Source of the DNA: a virus
DNA length: 64,000 nt
Reading direction: 5' to 3' (one strand)
Virus record (IMG/VR): IMGVR_UViG_3300045988_165521
The notes below the pieces were generated by a model that worked only from the letters and a program-made list of their open reading frames with translations, was not told where the DNA came from and ran no database searches. Below, in pieces: positions 47,301-59,009 of this stretch. Both the position numbers and the translations under genes were made by a program. Numbering within the stretch: position 1 is the stretch's first letter; each line of letters begins with the position of its first letter.

Positions 47301-47320
47301 ATTAGTAACTTGTTACTAAT
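47301..47320. promoter_or_regulatory. perfect palindrome ATTAGTAAC-TT-GTTACTAAT (candidate operator)
   Basis: 9-bp inverted arms with a 2-nt spacer. It overlaps the TAG stop of the HTH ORF and lies upstream of the terminator and the next operon. Confidence 0.35.
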
Positions 47321-47609
47321 TGTTTTCTATAAATTTATCTAAGTCTTTCTTATATCAAAACAATTCTTTAAAACCTATTTGTTTACGACCATTAGGAATC
47401 TTCTTTGCCTTAACATAATTGTCAAAAGTCGCTCTACTAACTTTTAAGTATTTACATGCTTGATACTTGCTAAGTTTTTCATTCTTATTAGTTATTCCAG
47501 AAAGATATTCAATTACTTCTTCGCACTCTTCTGGACTAAGATTAGAATTACCAGTATCGATATCGTTAACAATTTTTAATAAAATTTCTCTAATAATCTT
47601 TAATATAAT
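47316..47609 (-). CDS. HTH_17 / excisionase-AlpA-type helix-turn-helix DNA-binding protein (about 90-97 aa; start codon uncertain)
   Basis: Not in the ORF track. The frame is open from about 47624 to TAG (47316-47318) with one TGA. ..LSKYQACKYLKVSRATFDNYVKAKKIPNGRKQIGFKELFWYKKDLDKFIENN fits the MerR/Xis-type HTH_17 pattern. There is no in-frame ATG, GTG or TTG; the only candidates are ATT (47607-47609) and ATA (47604-47606). Confidence 0.55.
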
Positions 47610-49483
47610 TAACCATAAATTGCCCCATTAACTAAAACAACGCCTCTAACATAAGTTATACAGTAGCATTTGTAGTTTCCGCCAGATAAACTATCAATTC
47701 CATCCATTTTGTGATAGTTTTCTCCAAAAGTTACATCAACAGTATTCGCTACTAAGATAATAGCATCAGGATTATTTTCTGTAACATATACTTCAGTTAC
47801 ATTCACAGAGCCACTGCTAGCAAAATACAATCCTGGTTTACCTGGAGTGTCTACAGAAGGTAGTTTTTTTGCATAAATATTATCTAAATCAATAGTAGAT
47901 GCTGAAGATCCTGTATAACTTGTAGTTGAACCTCCTGCAGTAACATTTAATGCATATGGGTTTGGAAGTGCGATAGGAATTTCAGGTATATCGTTAACAT
48001 TTGCTGGAGTAAAGCCTAAAGCAGTTTTAACTGTAGTATCTTTTAAGAGAGTATAAGCAGTACCATCCTCTAAGACATATATGGCCATTTCAGCACCTCC
48101 AGACTCTGTATATCCTGTCTTAATTCCTCCTAAAACATTATTTTTAGCTACAGGCAATGTATATGAAGATCCAGGAGCACTATTAGTAATAGTTAAAGTT
48201 CCATTAGAAAATGATAGACCAATACCAGTACCATTAGCAATAGTTAATGTAGTAGAACTATCATTTAAAGTTGTACTTCCAACTTTAACTGGTCTTCAAG
48301 TATTCTCGGTGGAATATCCTTGGCCCGTAACTCAACTTTGAGTAGCATATCCACTTAAAGATGGTATTTCACTCTTTAATGCTAAATTAGAAAGTGTCTG
48401 TCCAGAATTTTTAATAGATTTAGGTCCCGCTCCAATTATAATATAATCTACAGCAAGATTTCCACTAGCCATTACATCTCCACCACCTGCTGAACCAATT
48501 TTTTCATCAATTTCAGATTGAGAATAAGTTTCAGACTTTGTATAACGATTATTTAATGCTTCAGTAACTACTTTATTTTGGACAGGATTAACAGAACTTG
48601 TACTTAAAGAAGAATCAACTACAGTTCCATCAGGTATATCAAAATTAAGATCTGATTCATCAACTTTGTCTTTATAAGCAAGAGCTCCTGCATCTGTAAT
48701 TTGAGCTAGAGGATGAGTATGTGCTGCAGGAACATAAGTTTCTGGTTTTCCTGTAACTTTATCTCATGCTATTTCTTTCTCATCAACATATGACTTTAAT
48801 GCTAAATTATTAATTAAAATACCTGAATCTTTAACAGTTTTTCCTGGACCATTAGAAGTTATTACTCTATCCGCAGTAGTAAATGCCTCTGCTGCAATTA
48901 CATCTCCTGCTCCAAAACCTGTTAACTTATCGTCAACTTCGTCTCTTGTATAATAATTAGAAAGATCAATTTCTGTATCACCAATCTTCTCTCATTTTCC
49001 ATCAACAAATACATATTCATCATGTATATCTGGAGCAGAACCAGATTTCTTAACAAGATAAATAATATTTGTCTCTCCAACACTTGGAAATTGATCAACA
49101 ATCTCAATTTGAAGATTAGCTAAATTAGCAATCATTTCTTTTAAGATTCTTCCTTGGTTTGCAGATAATGATTTATCAGCAGCAAGAGACTCTAAATTAT
49201 CTACAATTGAACTTTTTATCTGATTATTAATAGTTGTATGTACATTATCAATAGCTTGTCACACTCCTCCAGAAGTAATTAAATTTTTACTTCCTTCTGT
49301 CGGCTCTTCTTCTATTGAATTAATAATTTTTGGTATATCAGTTAATACTTTAGCATATTCTTCTTTAGTGCCTGTATACCCATTTTCTTGTGCAATAAGA
49401 TAAGCATCTTTACCAGGAGCACCAATTGTTCCAGGAAAAATAATCCATTTCTTTTGCTTTTTATCATAAATTTTTACACTCAT
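47609..49483 (-). CDS. fibre protein, 624 aa
   Basis: ATG at 49481-49483. The entire 48157-49259 stretch was translated and is broken only by TGA. Typical fibre motifs are present: GKDAYLIAQENGYTGTKEEY, AAHTHPLAQITD and SLSGYATQSWVTGQGY. The C-terminus ..DGIDSLSGGNYKCYCITYVRGVVLVNGAIYG is paralogous to that of the next fibre. Confidence 0.8.
47970..48019 (-). repeat. 50-nt segment identical to 49849-49898 (fibre-fibre repeat, copy 1)
   Basis: GCGATAGGAATTTCAGGTATATCGTTAACATTTGCTGGAGTAAAGCCTAA is identical in both fibre genes and encodes ..LGFTPANVNDIPEIPIA.. Confidence 0.9.
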
Positions 49484-49502
49484 AATTTATATATTTTTAA
49501 GA

Positions 49503-51395
49503 TTATGCATATACTGCACCATTAACTGCAATTTTGCTATTTGCCATATAACTTAAGCAATAGATATATCACGTCCCAGATAAATCATCTAATCCATCCA
49601 TTTTAATAACATTACTTGCAGTAAATGTAAGTTTAGCACTACTTATAATAACTGAATCAGGATTGGTTGAAGAAAATCCATTTAAAGTTGATATAGCTTT
49701 TGATGTATCACAACTGTAACTATATCCTGCATCAACTGTTGAACTAGTCAACATTCTTACACTTAAAGGTTTTGAAGTACTAATAGATACTGCAGATGAA
49801 CCTGTGTATGAAGTTCCATTAATTGTTAATGCATATGGATTAGGTAATGCGATAGGAATTTCAGGTATATCGTTAACATTTGCTGGAGTAAAGCCTAATG
49901 CTGCAGTTACGGCTCCTTTAGTAACAGCTATATATGCTTGATTTGAACTGTTTAAAACTAAAGGTAAATTAACCCCTGAAGCAGTAGCTCCAATCTTTAT
50001 ACCTCCAGCTTCTGTTGATGTAGCTATATAATTAAATCTGCCGAAGGCGTTAAATTCAAGGGAGCTCCCAATGATAAGATCTGAAATATTAGCATCCTGA
50101 GCTGATATACCTCCCCTAAATATTTTTTCTCCTGCAAATGACTGATCTCCAGTAGTTACTACACCAGATTGTGTAGCAGAAGCTGAAGGGATTGCTCCAA
50201 ATGAAACTGTACTCATTCCAGAACCAGTTAAAGAACCTGTTGGTCCTGCTGTTGTTCCATTAGTCCAAGTAAACGTTGTTGGATAATAATTTGTATTAGT
50301 GTCTGTCCAAGGCACATTTACATAGGCTTTACCATTACTTAATTGTACAGCATAGTTTTTGTCACTTGTTGTATATCCAATTTGAATTCCTCCATAAGCA
50401 CTAGAGGTTGCGGCAGGAATACTTGTTAAATATCCTTGACTAGTTACTCAATTTTGAGTAGCATACCCCGATAAGGATGGGATAGTTGGTTTATTAGTTA
50501 AGTCATTATAAGATCCACTTGTAGCTACAGTAGCGAATGTTGGTTTACCTGTTACTCCAGACCAAGGTACACTAGTTGCACTTCCTGCTGTGAATTCTTT
50601 AAATTTAGTAGCAAAAGTAGATGCAGATTCTGATACGCAGAAGTACATAGGACCTCCTGAACTAATCTGAACAACATCTCCCTCTTGAACATCTACACTC
50701 ATTGCGGCAGATTGAGAATCTACTACAAACAGCCTTTCTAATGCAGCTGCAGGAATTTTTTCAATAGGAATTTCTGGCAATCTATCTACATTAATAATTC
50801 CAGTAAGTTTTTCAGCATTAATAGTACTTATTGTTGTGTTTATAGTCACATTTTTAGATCCATTAAACGATTCTGTAGTAGAACCAGTGACATCTCCGTC
50901 TAAAAATATATTTCTACCATACATTAATGTTTCTGCGGATGATGTTTTAGAAGCATAAGGTATAGTAAACTCTGTAGAGGTTTTATTTCCAACAGTTATT
51001 TTTATAGTATTACCATTATTAATAAATGAAGGTGCACTTGCAAGATTTGTAGCTGTAGTAGCTGTAGCTGCATTACCAGTTATGTTAACTTGTTCTGGAT
51101 GCCTATGATCTTCACGTGCATATTTTGTAGATGTTCCAACTGCTGCAGTACCTGCAATAAGTGGTGCTACTGTCGCAGGACTAATTTTTCCTGCATTAAC
51201 TAAAGCTTCAACTTCTGAAGCACTGATATCACATTTATATTCTTTACCCCAAGTACAGATCATTGGACCTTCATCAATAAAGGATATATATGCGTCAAAT
51301 ACTTTACGTTCCTCTGTTCCTGCAGTAGTTTTTGCTCTTTCGGCTTCGTATGATGCTTTAGTTTTAAAATGTAAAAATTTTGTTTTATATGCCAT
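49503..51395 (-). CDS. fibre protein, 630 aa
   Basis: ATG at 51393-51395. Fragments 50448-51395 and 49569-50315 share one frame and are joined by TGA. The TGA at 49569 is followed by 21 codons (YIYCLSYMANSKIAVNGAVYA) to TAA at 49503-49505. Confidence 0.8.
49849..49898 (-). repeat. 50-nt segment identical to 47970-48019 (copy 2)
   Basis: Direct comparison of the two stretches. Confidence 0.9.
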
Positions 51396-51433
51396 AGCGT
51401 CTATATTTTTATAGCACCTATAATATTATAGGT

Positions 51434-51467
51434 TAAAAATAAAGGGAATAGGGAAATCCCTATCCCC
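51434..51467 (-). terminator. rho-independent terminator after the 534-aa fibre gene
   Basis: The minus-strand RNA reads GGGGAUAGGG-loop-CCCUAUUCCC (one G.U pair), followed by UUUAUUUUUAACC. Confidence 0.7.
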
Positions 51468-51480
51468 TTATTATCTTAAT

Positions 51481-53085
51481 TTATTCGAATTCAACCCAAG
51501 TCATTAAACCATCAGCATAAGCTTTTACATCACTAGCTTCAGCAAGACCTTTAGCAGTTGAACTTGCACTAGCTACAGCCTGCAGCATAGAAGTAACTGT
51601 TACTGTAGTTTCACTTTTACTAGTTGCGATATAATTAGAAACAGTGCCATTAACTACCTGAATTGCAGAATCAGCTTTAGCACCTTGAGCAGAAGTTGCA
51701 TAAGCACTTGATTCGGTATAAGCTGCACTCTTAAGACCATTAACTGTACCTTTAAGCTGTTTACTAGACATGCTAAATTTAACCTGTCCATTAGTAGTAT
51801 TAGCTGTATCTACAGTAATAGCTCCAGTCTGTCCTCCAAATGATTGAACTCTAGAAGCAGCGGCAGAAGTAATTCTGCTATCCATTGCTTCAATTGCAGT
51901 TTGAAGATCATTCTCACCATATGTTCCATCACCTCCAACTAGAATATCTGCACCAGCAAGTACTACATTAGCTGATAATGGTTTACTATTAACAGTTCTT
52001 GTAGTTGGAACCTTTCCATTAAGAGCAGTATCAAGTCCAGAGATTTTAGAAATAGCTAAAGTAGGAATATCACCTGCTACAAGAGCTCTGCGGGAAACAG
52101 TAATAATACCATTAGTTTCAGAAACTGCAGAAACAACTTGTCCAGCGACAGCCGTATCAGTTTTATCTAAAGTTCCAATCTTAGTGCTAATTTCACTTGT
52201 AACTGTGGTTTTAGTAGCATAAGCAGATAGATCAATTGTTCCACCTAGCTTATCCCACATTCCTATTTTATTTCCTGCACCAGCTTTAATTGCTACAAAG
52301 TTTGAACCAGCTTCAAAAGCTTCTCCATTTAGAGTGCCTGCAGCAACTACATTATAAACATCGCCAATAACAACTCCTGTAAGAGCAGTAAGAGCTGAAG
52401 CATCATCTACAGAACCCTTCGTCTTGTATACACTACCAACAGCAGAAGCTACTTTTTTATCAACTTCTTCTTTAGTGTACGTAGTAGCTTGAGGAGCTGC
52501 TGCTTCAGCTGTAGCTTTAACTGCATTAAGAGCAGTTGTAGTAGCTTTAGCCTCAAGGACAGCTGTCAATCCAGAAACTTTACTTTGCTCAATTGTACCT
52601 ACAGCAAATGTAACAGTACTATCACCACTATCACGACTTTGTGTAATAGTAGTACCGTCTGCTCTATAAACAATAGCGGCAGGAATTTTGCCAATCTCAG
52701 TGTCTGTATATGATTTAGCTGAACTAATTGCAGACGATTTTGCTTCATCTGTATATTTCTTCAGTCCATAATAACTCTGTACAGTTGAGGCATCTCCAGA
52801 TGCTCCAATATTTAACTTCTTTGCTAGCTCTGTAGTAACTGCAGAAGCTGAGGCTACATCTGATAGATTTAGAGAAATCTCTTCTCCACTTTCGTTAATA
52901 ATTTTAAGGGTTTTAGCACTCTCATCCCAACTTGCAGACTTGACGCCATCACCGAATTTATCAACAGCAGTAGCACTTGTTGCTACTTTAATCATACCTG
53001 TTGATGTTTCAAAGTAAATTCTACCAACTACAAGACCACTTGCTGGAACTGTAGCAATTTTTTGAAAACTTAAATTTGTTGCCAT
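51481..53085 (-). CDS. Ala/Thr-rich fibre protein, 534 aa (possibly a high-copy head or tail fibre)
   Basis: Intact ORF with no TGA (3 Trp, all TGG), GC-richer, and flanked by hairpins on both sides. It shares the GDVYNVVAAG...MWDKLGGTIDLSAYATK module with the neighbouring fibre (GDVWNVVAAH...KWDPLGGTIDLSGYYTK). Confidence 0.7.
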   Translation of the reverse strand: MATNLSFQKIATVPASGLVVGRIYFETSTGMIKVATSATAVDKFGDGVKSASWDESAKTLKIINESGEEISLNLSDVASASAVTTELAKKLNIGASGDASTVQSYYGLKKYTDEAKSSAISSAKSYTDTEIGKIPAAIVYRADGTTITQSRDSGDSTVTFAVGTIEQSKVSGLTAVLEAKATTTALNAVKATAEAAAPQATTYTKEEVDKKVASAVGSVYKTKGSVDDASALTALTGVVIGDVYNVVAAGTLNGEAFEAGSNFVAIKAGAGNKIGMWDKLGGTIDLSAYATKTTVTSEISTKIGTLDKTDTAVAGQVVSAVSETNGIITVSRRALVAGDIPTLAISKISGLDTALNGKVPTTRTVNSKPLSANVVLAGADILVGGDGTYGENDLQTAIEAMDSRITSAAASRVQSFGGQTGAITVDTANTTNGQVKFSMSSKQLKGTVNGLKSAAYTESSAYATSAQGAKADSAIQVVNGTVSNYIATSKSETTVTVTSMLQAVASASSTAKGLAEASDVKAYADGLMTWVEFE

Positions 53086-53090
53086 GTTTA

Positions 53091-53138
53091 TTTTTTTTTA
53101 AATTTTAATCCCCCCCCCTCACTAAATGTGAGGAAGGG
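53091..53138 (-). promoter_or_regulatory. T9 and C9 homopolymer tracts plus hairpin in the 5' region of the 534-aa fibre gene
   Basis: T9 at 53091-53099 and C9 at 53110-53118. The hairpin at 53112-53138 has two G.U pairs on the minus strand only. No U-run follows it on the minus strand. Confidence 0.4.
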
Positions 53139-53159
53139 AGAAATTATTATTTATTCAAT

Positions 53160-55529
53160 TTATGATCAAAATATATCAAGCTTACCGTCTGTTCCAACTT
53201 GGATAGATGAACTTGTTGATACTAATTTAGACATATCTACAGCTAAACCTCTAGAAGTACCTTCACCAGTTACCTTAATAGTATTATCGGGACTAGTAAT
53301 AGATGTAATGCCACCTGCAACAGCAGTTTTAATACTATCACTAAGAGCCTGCATACCAGCAGCGATTGTTTGATCTGCACCAATTTCAGCACCACCAGTA
53401 ATGGAAACTCCAACTTTTACAGTTGAGCCTTTTATTCCACTAAGATCCAACTTAAGACCTTCGGCTGATTTTGATAGTGCTTCATTTGAAGCTGGATCTA
53501 ACTTAACATCAATAACATTTTCTTCTGTAATTGAAACTGCATTACCAGGAGTTAATTCGTCTTGCTTACCTCCAACAGATGTTTGTAAAGATTCAATGTC
53601 AGATTTATTAGTTCTGATTTGATTTAAATCAGTATCAGAAATTAAACCTGAACCTTCAACTTTATCAACTTTGTTATTAAGCTGATTAGTAACTGTAGTA
53701 ATCTGTCCTTCTAAAGCTGTATCTGCAGCCTCTAGTTCTGTTTTTGCTGCAGAAATTGCATCATCTACTTGTGACTTTGTATAGTATCCTGAAAGATCAA
53801 TTGTACCTCCCAGTGGATCCCACTTGGCACCATCCCAAGCATAATTAGTTCCAGCAGGAGTAGTTCCATGAGCTGCAACGACATTCCATACATCACCTTT
53901 CTTATTTCCAGAAGATGGAAGTTGGTCGTAACTATCTTTAGTACCTTTATAATCAAGAGCTGCAGCCACAGAAGCTTTCAGATCATCTATAAGAGTTTTT
54001 AAAGCTTTACCTTGTGCCGCAGAGAGTGCAGCATCCGTTTTATCACTTTCAAGTGAATCAATAATCTCAACTATTCCTGCTGTATTAGGAAATGATTTTC
54101 AAGCAGCTTCGAATTGTTCTTGATTGAGAGTACCACCAACAGCAATATAAGAATTGTATAAAAAGTCTTGAACTGAATATTCATCCATGGATTCATCACA
54201 AGGATCATATCAAATCTTATCGTGCTCTGGTTCGTTATTTGGAAAATCAGATTGACATCCGATTGCTATATTTTCATCACCAGGATCTCCTTTTTCTCCC
54301 TGAGGAATTCCAAATTTAAGATTTGCATCACTAATATCTGGATTTAAATCAGTTACATAAGGTTGTGCATCTGGTGCTAATTTTTCTACTTCAGAAACTA
54401 CAGTTACTGTAGCAGGTTTTCCTTTAGGAACTTTTACATTTAAAGCTCATTCTCTAGGAGCATTAGTTTTATCAATTACTAATGACGGATTTTGATCTCA
54501 CTCAACAGTTTCAATAGTTCCTGCATTAAATCTTGGAAGAACAGAACCAGTAGAAGTAATCACTTTACTTGATTCCATAGTTAATTCCAAATGACCTTCT
54601 GCATCACTAATATTAACTGATTTAATACTATCTCCTCTTAATTCTTCTAAATAGCATAGTGTAACCCATTCACTAGTAGGATCTCCTAAATATCCCCATA
54701 GAATTCTATCATCTGTTAAATTATCAGGATCTCCAAATTTTCTAACAAGTGCAGGTGTTCTTCCAGAATCTCCTTTAGGTCCCTGAGGTCCTTGTGCTCC
54801 AGTAGCTCCAGTATTTCCCTTGTCGCCCTTGTCACCTTTGGCTTGTCCTAATTTAATTCATGATTTTGGTGGATCATTCTTATCATAAGAAACAAACCAA
54901 TATCCGTCTTCAATTTTCAATTGAGGCGTTATACCATCTTCACCGTCTTCTCCAGGAATGCCAGGTGCTCCAGTAGCTCCTGTTAAACCTTCAGCTAAAA
55001 CTCTTTGTCCACTATCGTCAAATATTCATTCAGTTTTTTCATTAATAGATACTGTTCAATAATAATGATTATTAGATGTATCCTTTTTAATGCCGATAAT
55101 AGGAGTATCTCCAGCGGGGCCTTTAAGATCACTTATTGAGGTTGAACTTGGAGGAGTATTACTTTCTTTTCAAGAAAGTATTCCGTTATTAATCTCTGGA
55201 ACTCATACTTTTCCTGTAGGTCCTTCAACTCCCGCCATTACAAAAGCTCAGAAAAGATTTGGTTTAATACCAATGATTTTATCGTTTTCTCGAACTAATT
55301 CAGGCATATTTAACGAAGATGATGTATGACTTCTAATGCAAGACAATAAAGCTCCTTCAAATGATACAAAATCTACAATATATTCGTCATTAAAATAGTG
55401 AGTATTTGTTATTCATTCTCCCGCCATCTTAAAGGAAGTTCCCTTATAGAAATCTCTTGAATTATAAGCTCCAGAATACTCTCTTGAATTTTGTAGATCT
55501 ATAGTAGGTAATATATTATTTTTCTTCAT
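53160..55529 (-). CDS. collagen-like-repeat fibre protein, 789 aa
   Basis: ATG at 55527-55529. The full 53969-55529 stretch was translated and is broken only by TGA. G-X-Y runs are present (GATGAPGIPGEDGEDG; KGDKGDKGNTGATGAQGPQGPKGDSG). The N-terminal domain is paralogous to the upstream fibre. The gene ends ..LDIF-TGA-TCA-TAA. Confidence 0.8.
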
Positions 55530-55535
55530 AGTTTA

Positions 55536-58500
55536 TTATTTTGACCCTAATATTAAAAATGGAACACTAATACTTGTTGTTGGTACTTTGCCGTCTGCAG
55601 TTCTTACATCTAAAAAAGCTCCATTAATCCTGCCTCTTGCTGAACCATAGAACATTTTTAGCATAGCTCCATCTCATATAGGTTGTGAAAAAGCTATTGC
55701 ACTTATTGATAAAGTTCTACTATTATAAATACTTGTTAAATCTAAATTTGCAGAAAAATTTCCAGATTGACTTACAGTTAATACTAAATCAGTTCTACAT
55801 CTAGAAAAACCAGATAAAGATGGTACCCCAGATGAATTAAAATAAACTTCTCCACATGCTAAAAATGAATCACTATTATAATCGTCATAACTTTTATAAT
55901 AAAGATCTGAACGTAGCGTTCCATTTTGTTTCCATGTTTTTAACTCAAAATCTGATGTATTCTCTACTCAAATTGTTCCAACATAGTAATTATTAACTAT
56001 TGAAGATGGAACAAATTTAAATTCTAATACTCCTCCAGCTGGAAGTAAAATTTGAGAAGCATTAAAAAGAATTGGTTCATCATAACTGAATAGTAATCTA
56101 CCATTATAATAACCACAAATTTTAATAGATTCATCATCGTTTCCATTATCAAATGGATATATAAATAATTGTTTATCCGACTTATTATGAATTACTCCCG
56201 AATACGAATCATCAATATTTAATTGATATTCAGAAGCATTTACTTTAAGAGTTACATCTTCGTGTATCGTTGGCGAATATATAATTTCAGAATATAATGA
56301 ATCTAGTATATGTGGATCAGATGACTGAGTAAGACTATATTGTTTAATGTTTTGAATAATAGCATTATTAATTTTAATGTTAGTTAAATCAACACTTCCA
56401 TCACTACCAAACTTAATCTTTCCAGCAGCCATATGTCCAGCTCCAGTTCTAAAATCAAATAGTATATTTGGAGTAAACTCACCTTCTGTAGGAATTTCTG
56501 GATCAAAGTTTTGATATTGTGTAGATATTTGTCCACTTGCATCAATACCTTGTTGGCTAAACATATAGTTTCCATTAAATACAGCAGATCCAATAAGACC
56601 GTTAGCGATAATCCCAATTTTAGTATACAGCGCCTCAAATGCATCTAATTTAACTCAACTATTACTAGTATCAGTGCTAGGAGATTCATTACTGTGTAAT
56701 GTTCCTTGCCAAGTTCCTACTATGTTTAAAACATAATAGTTAGCATCATTAGAATCATATACATAAGGAGTTTTATCTGCGGTTCCTTGATATACAGTAT
56801 TAACATTATAAATACCTTCAGGATAAATTATTTGTCCTTTAGAACCATTCTCTCCATTTAATCCATTAGTTCCACTTAATTTAGTAGGAGTACTTCAACT
56901 ACCTTCAATTGTACCAACTTTATCAGTGTTACTTGTATAATTTACTCTAGCTTGAATAAACCAAATATAAGGAGTCTCTTCAGTTGGAGTTGGAACCGCT
57001 AAATCCCAACCTGTTGGCTGTCTTGTTGTTCCAGGAGTACTTGTTCCTCCATAAATAGTTGTAGTTCCTAAGCAATAACGAACTTCAATACCAATTCCAG
57101 GTAACCCATCAACTCCATCTTTACCTGCTGGACCAGGATCACCAGTAATTCCAGGTTCTCCTTTTATTTTGGTTCATTTATAGTCAGAAGGATCATCACT
57201 ATCATTTATATTATAATCTACATAAATTCCAATTCAAGCACCTGGATCTTCTCCATTGTTACCTGTAAAGGTTACACCTCCATCATTAGAGTATTTAATA
57301 TGTAGATAACTTGTTTTTCCATCTTCTCCGTTAGTACCTGGGATTCCTTGTTCTCCCTTTTCTCCTTGAATTCCTTCAAATCTTGCCCAAGTATAGTCAG
57401 AGGGATCTGTACTATCTGCTTGAGTAAAATCTACATAAGTTCCAATATATGTACTTGGAGTTTCAGTCATTTGACTTGAAGAAGTAGGGTTGGCAACAGC
57501 AGAATATTTAATATGAAAATATGTAGTTTTTCCATCTTCTCCTGGAGTTCCAGGAATTCCGTCTGTACCATTCGTACCATTTTCTCCACTTATAACAACT
57601 GGAGCAGTCCAGTTTGTATTTAAAGTATCATCAGGATTAATAGTTGCTGTAGTCATCCAGAGATATCCATCTTTAGATTTTTCAGGAGGAACCACAGACC
57701 ATCCTGAAGGAGTTCTTACTGTTGCGTTTAATGTAGGAGGATTTGAATTACTTGTATTTACAGCAAATCTAAATTCTGTAAATTTGCCATCTTGAGCTTG
57801 GCCATCTCTACCATTAACTGGTATTACTTCTGACCATTCAGTTACAAGTCCTGTTTCTCCATTAACTGTTCCAATACATTGCCACCAGTTTCCACTAGTT
57901 GTAGGATAATCTTCCCATTCAGACGGACTAGGACTATTTCCTGTAGGTTTTGATGGTTTACTATCACTTAATTTATAAACGTATGTTTTCCAATTTGGTA
58001 TTACTGCATCCTGTCCCTTTTCTCCTGTCATTTGAACAGGATCTGACCATTCTCCAACAAGAGTAGAATCTCTAAAAGATGCTGTAATTGACCATATAAT
58101 TTCAGAGGATGTGTGAATTGGAACAACTGTACTTCATACAGAACCAGGATTTGCATTAGTTTTATTTACAACAGGAGGAGTATTGACACTTCCACTCTTT
58201 GCATACATTAACTTAATACCTAATCCATCCTCTCCATTAGAACCATCAGTCCCATTTGTTCCGTCCTTGCCATTCTCTCCATCTTTACCATCAGCTCCTT
58301 TAGGTAATCCAAAACTAAATTTAAATATATCTCCTTCTAAAACTACATTAGCATTAGCTTCAGTTGTTGAAGAAACACTAGCTACTTCTGCATCAAAATT
58401 AGGAATTTCTCCGCCTTCAGAAATAGTTTTTCATTCTGTATCATAATCTGCATCAGATTTTTTAACTAATGCTTGACCAGTAGTTCCTCCAGGAATTACT

Positions 58501-59009
58501 CCAATTCCATCAGAGCCATTCTTTCCATCAGTTCCATTTTGCCCAGGATCACCTGTAGCTTGGCCTATATCTTGTCAAGTTTGACCTTTATCCATTGAAA
58601 GTAGTCAACGACCGTCTTCAATTTTTAATTGTGGAGTAATACCATCAGTTCCACTTGGTCCGATAGGACCAATATCGCCTTTATCTCCTTTTTGACCTTT
58701 ACCACTATTTCCCATAATAAAAGCTCAATACGGATTAGATTCTACACCAACAATTATATCGTCTTTATAAATTAGATTCGGCTTATTTCATTCTGATGAT
58801 AAATGACCTCTTAGACAATACAATAAAGCTCCTTCACAAGATATAAAATCAATAATATGTTCATCGTTGAAATAATGAGTGTCTGGAGTTCAGGCTCCTG
58901 CCATCTTAAAAGATGTTCCTCTATAAAAATCTCTAGAACTATACATTCTATAATAGTCTTGAGAATTTATTGCATTATCTATGATTACATTAACATTAGA
59001 TCTCTTCAT
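55536..59009 (-). CDS. large collagen-like-repeat fibre protein, 1157 aa
   Basis: ATG at 59007-59009. Fragments 57234-58031 and 55968-56564 share the frame; 55536-55968 and 56564-57234 were translated and are open. There are many G-X-Y runs and repeated DGKT.Y.HIKYS...DPSDY.W modules. Stop TAA at 55536-55538. Confidence 0.8.

Noticed and set aside
47316-47609. The HTH_17 ORF as an excisionase marking a temperate or integrative module.
   Set aside because: No integrase, att-like repeat or lysogeny gene is in the window. The gene sits in the middle of a late structural arm.
47940-49900. Fibre-fibre repeat as a DGR template/variable-region pair.
   Set aside because: No reverse transcriptase is in the window. 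The shared 50 nt are identical, and the flanking differences are not adenine-specific. Recombination or gene conversion between paralogs is the better explanation.
14870-56644. Minus-strand track ORFs 14870-15055, 31128-31433, 48922-49107, 53765-53956 and 56384-56644.
   Set aside because: They are out of frame with the long TGA-bridged frames that cover the same positions, and their sequences are non-protein-like (for example MELIGIEQIENQMAILQ..). They are alternative-frame artefacts.
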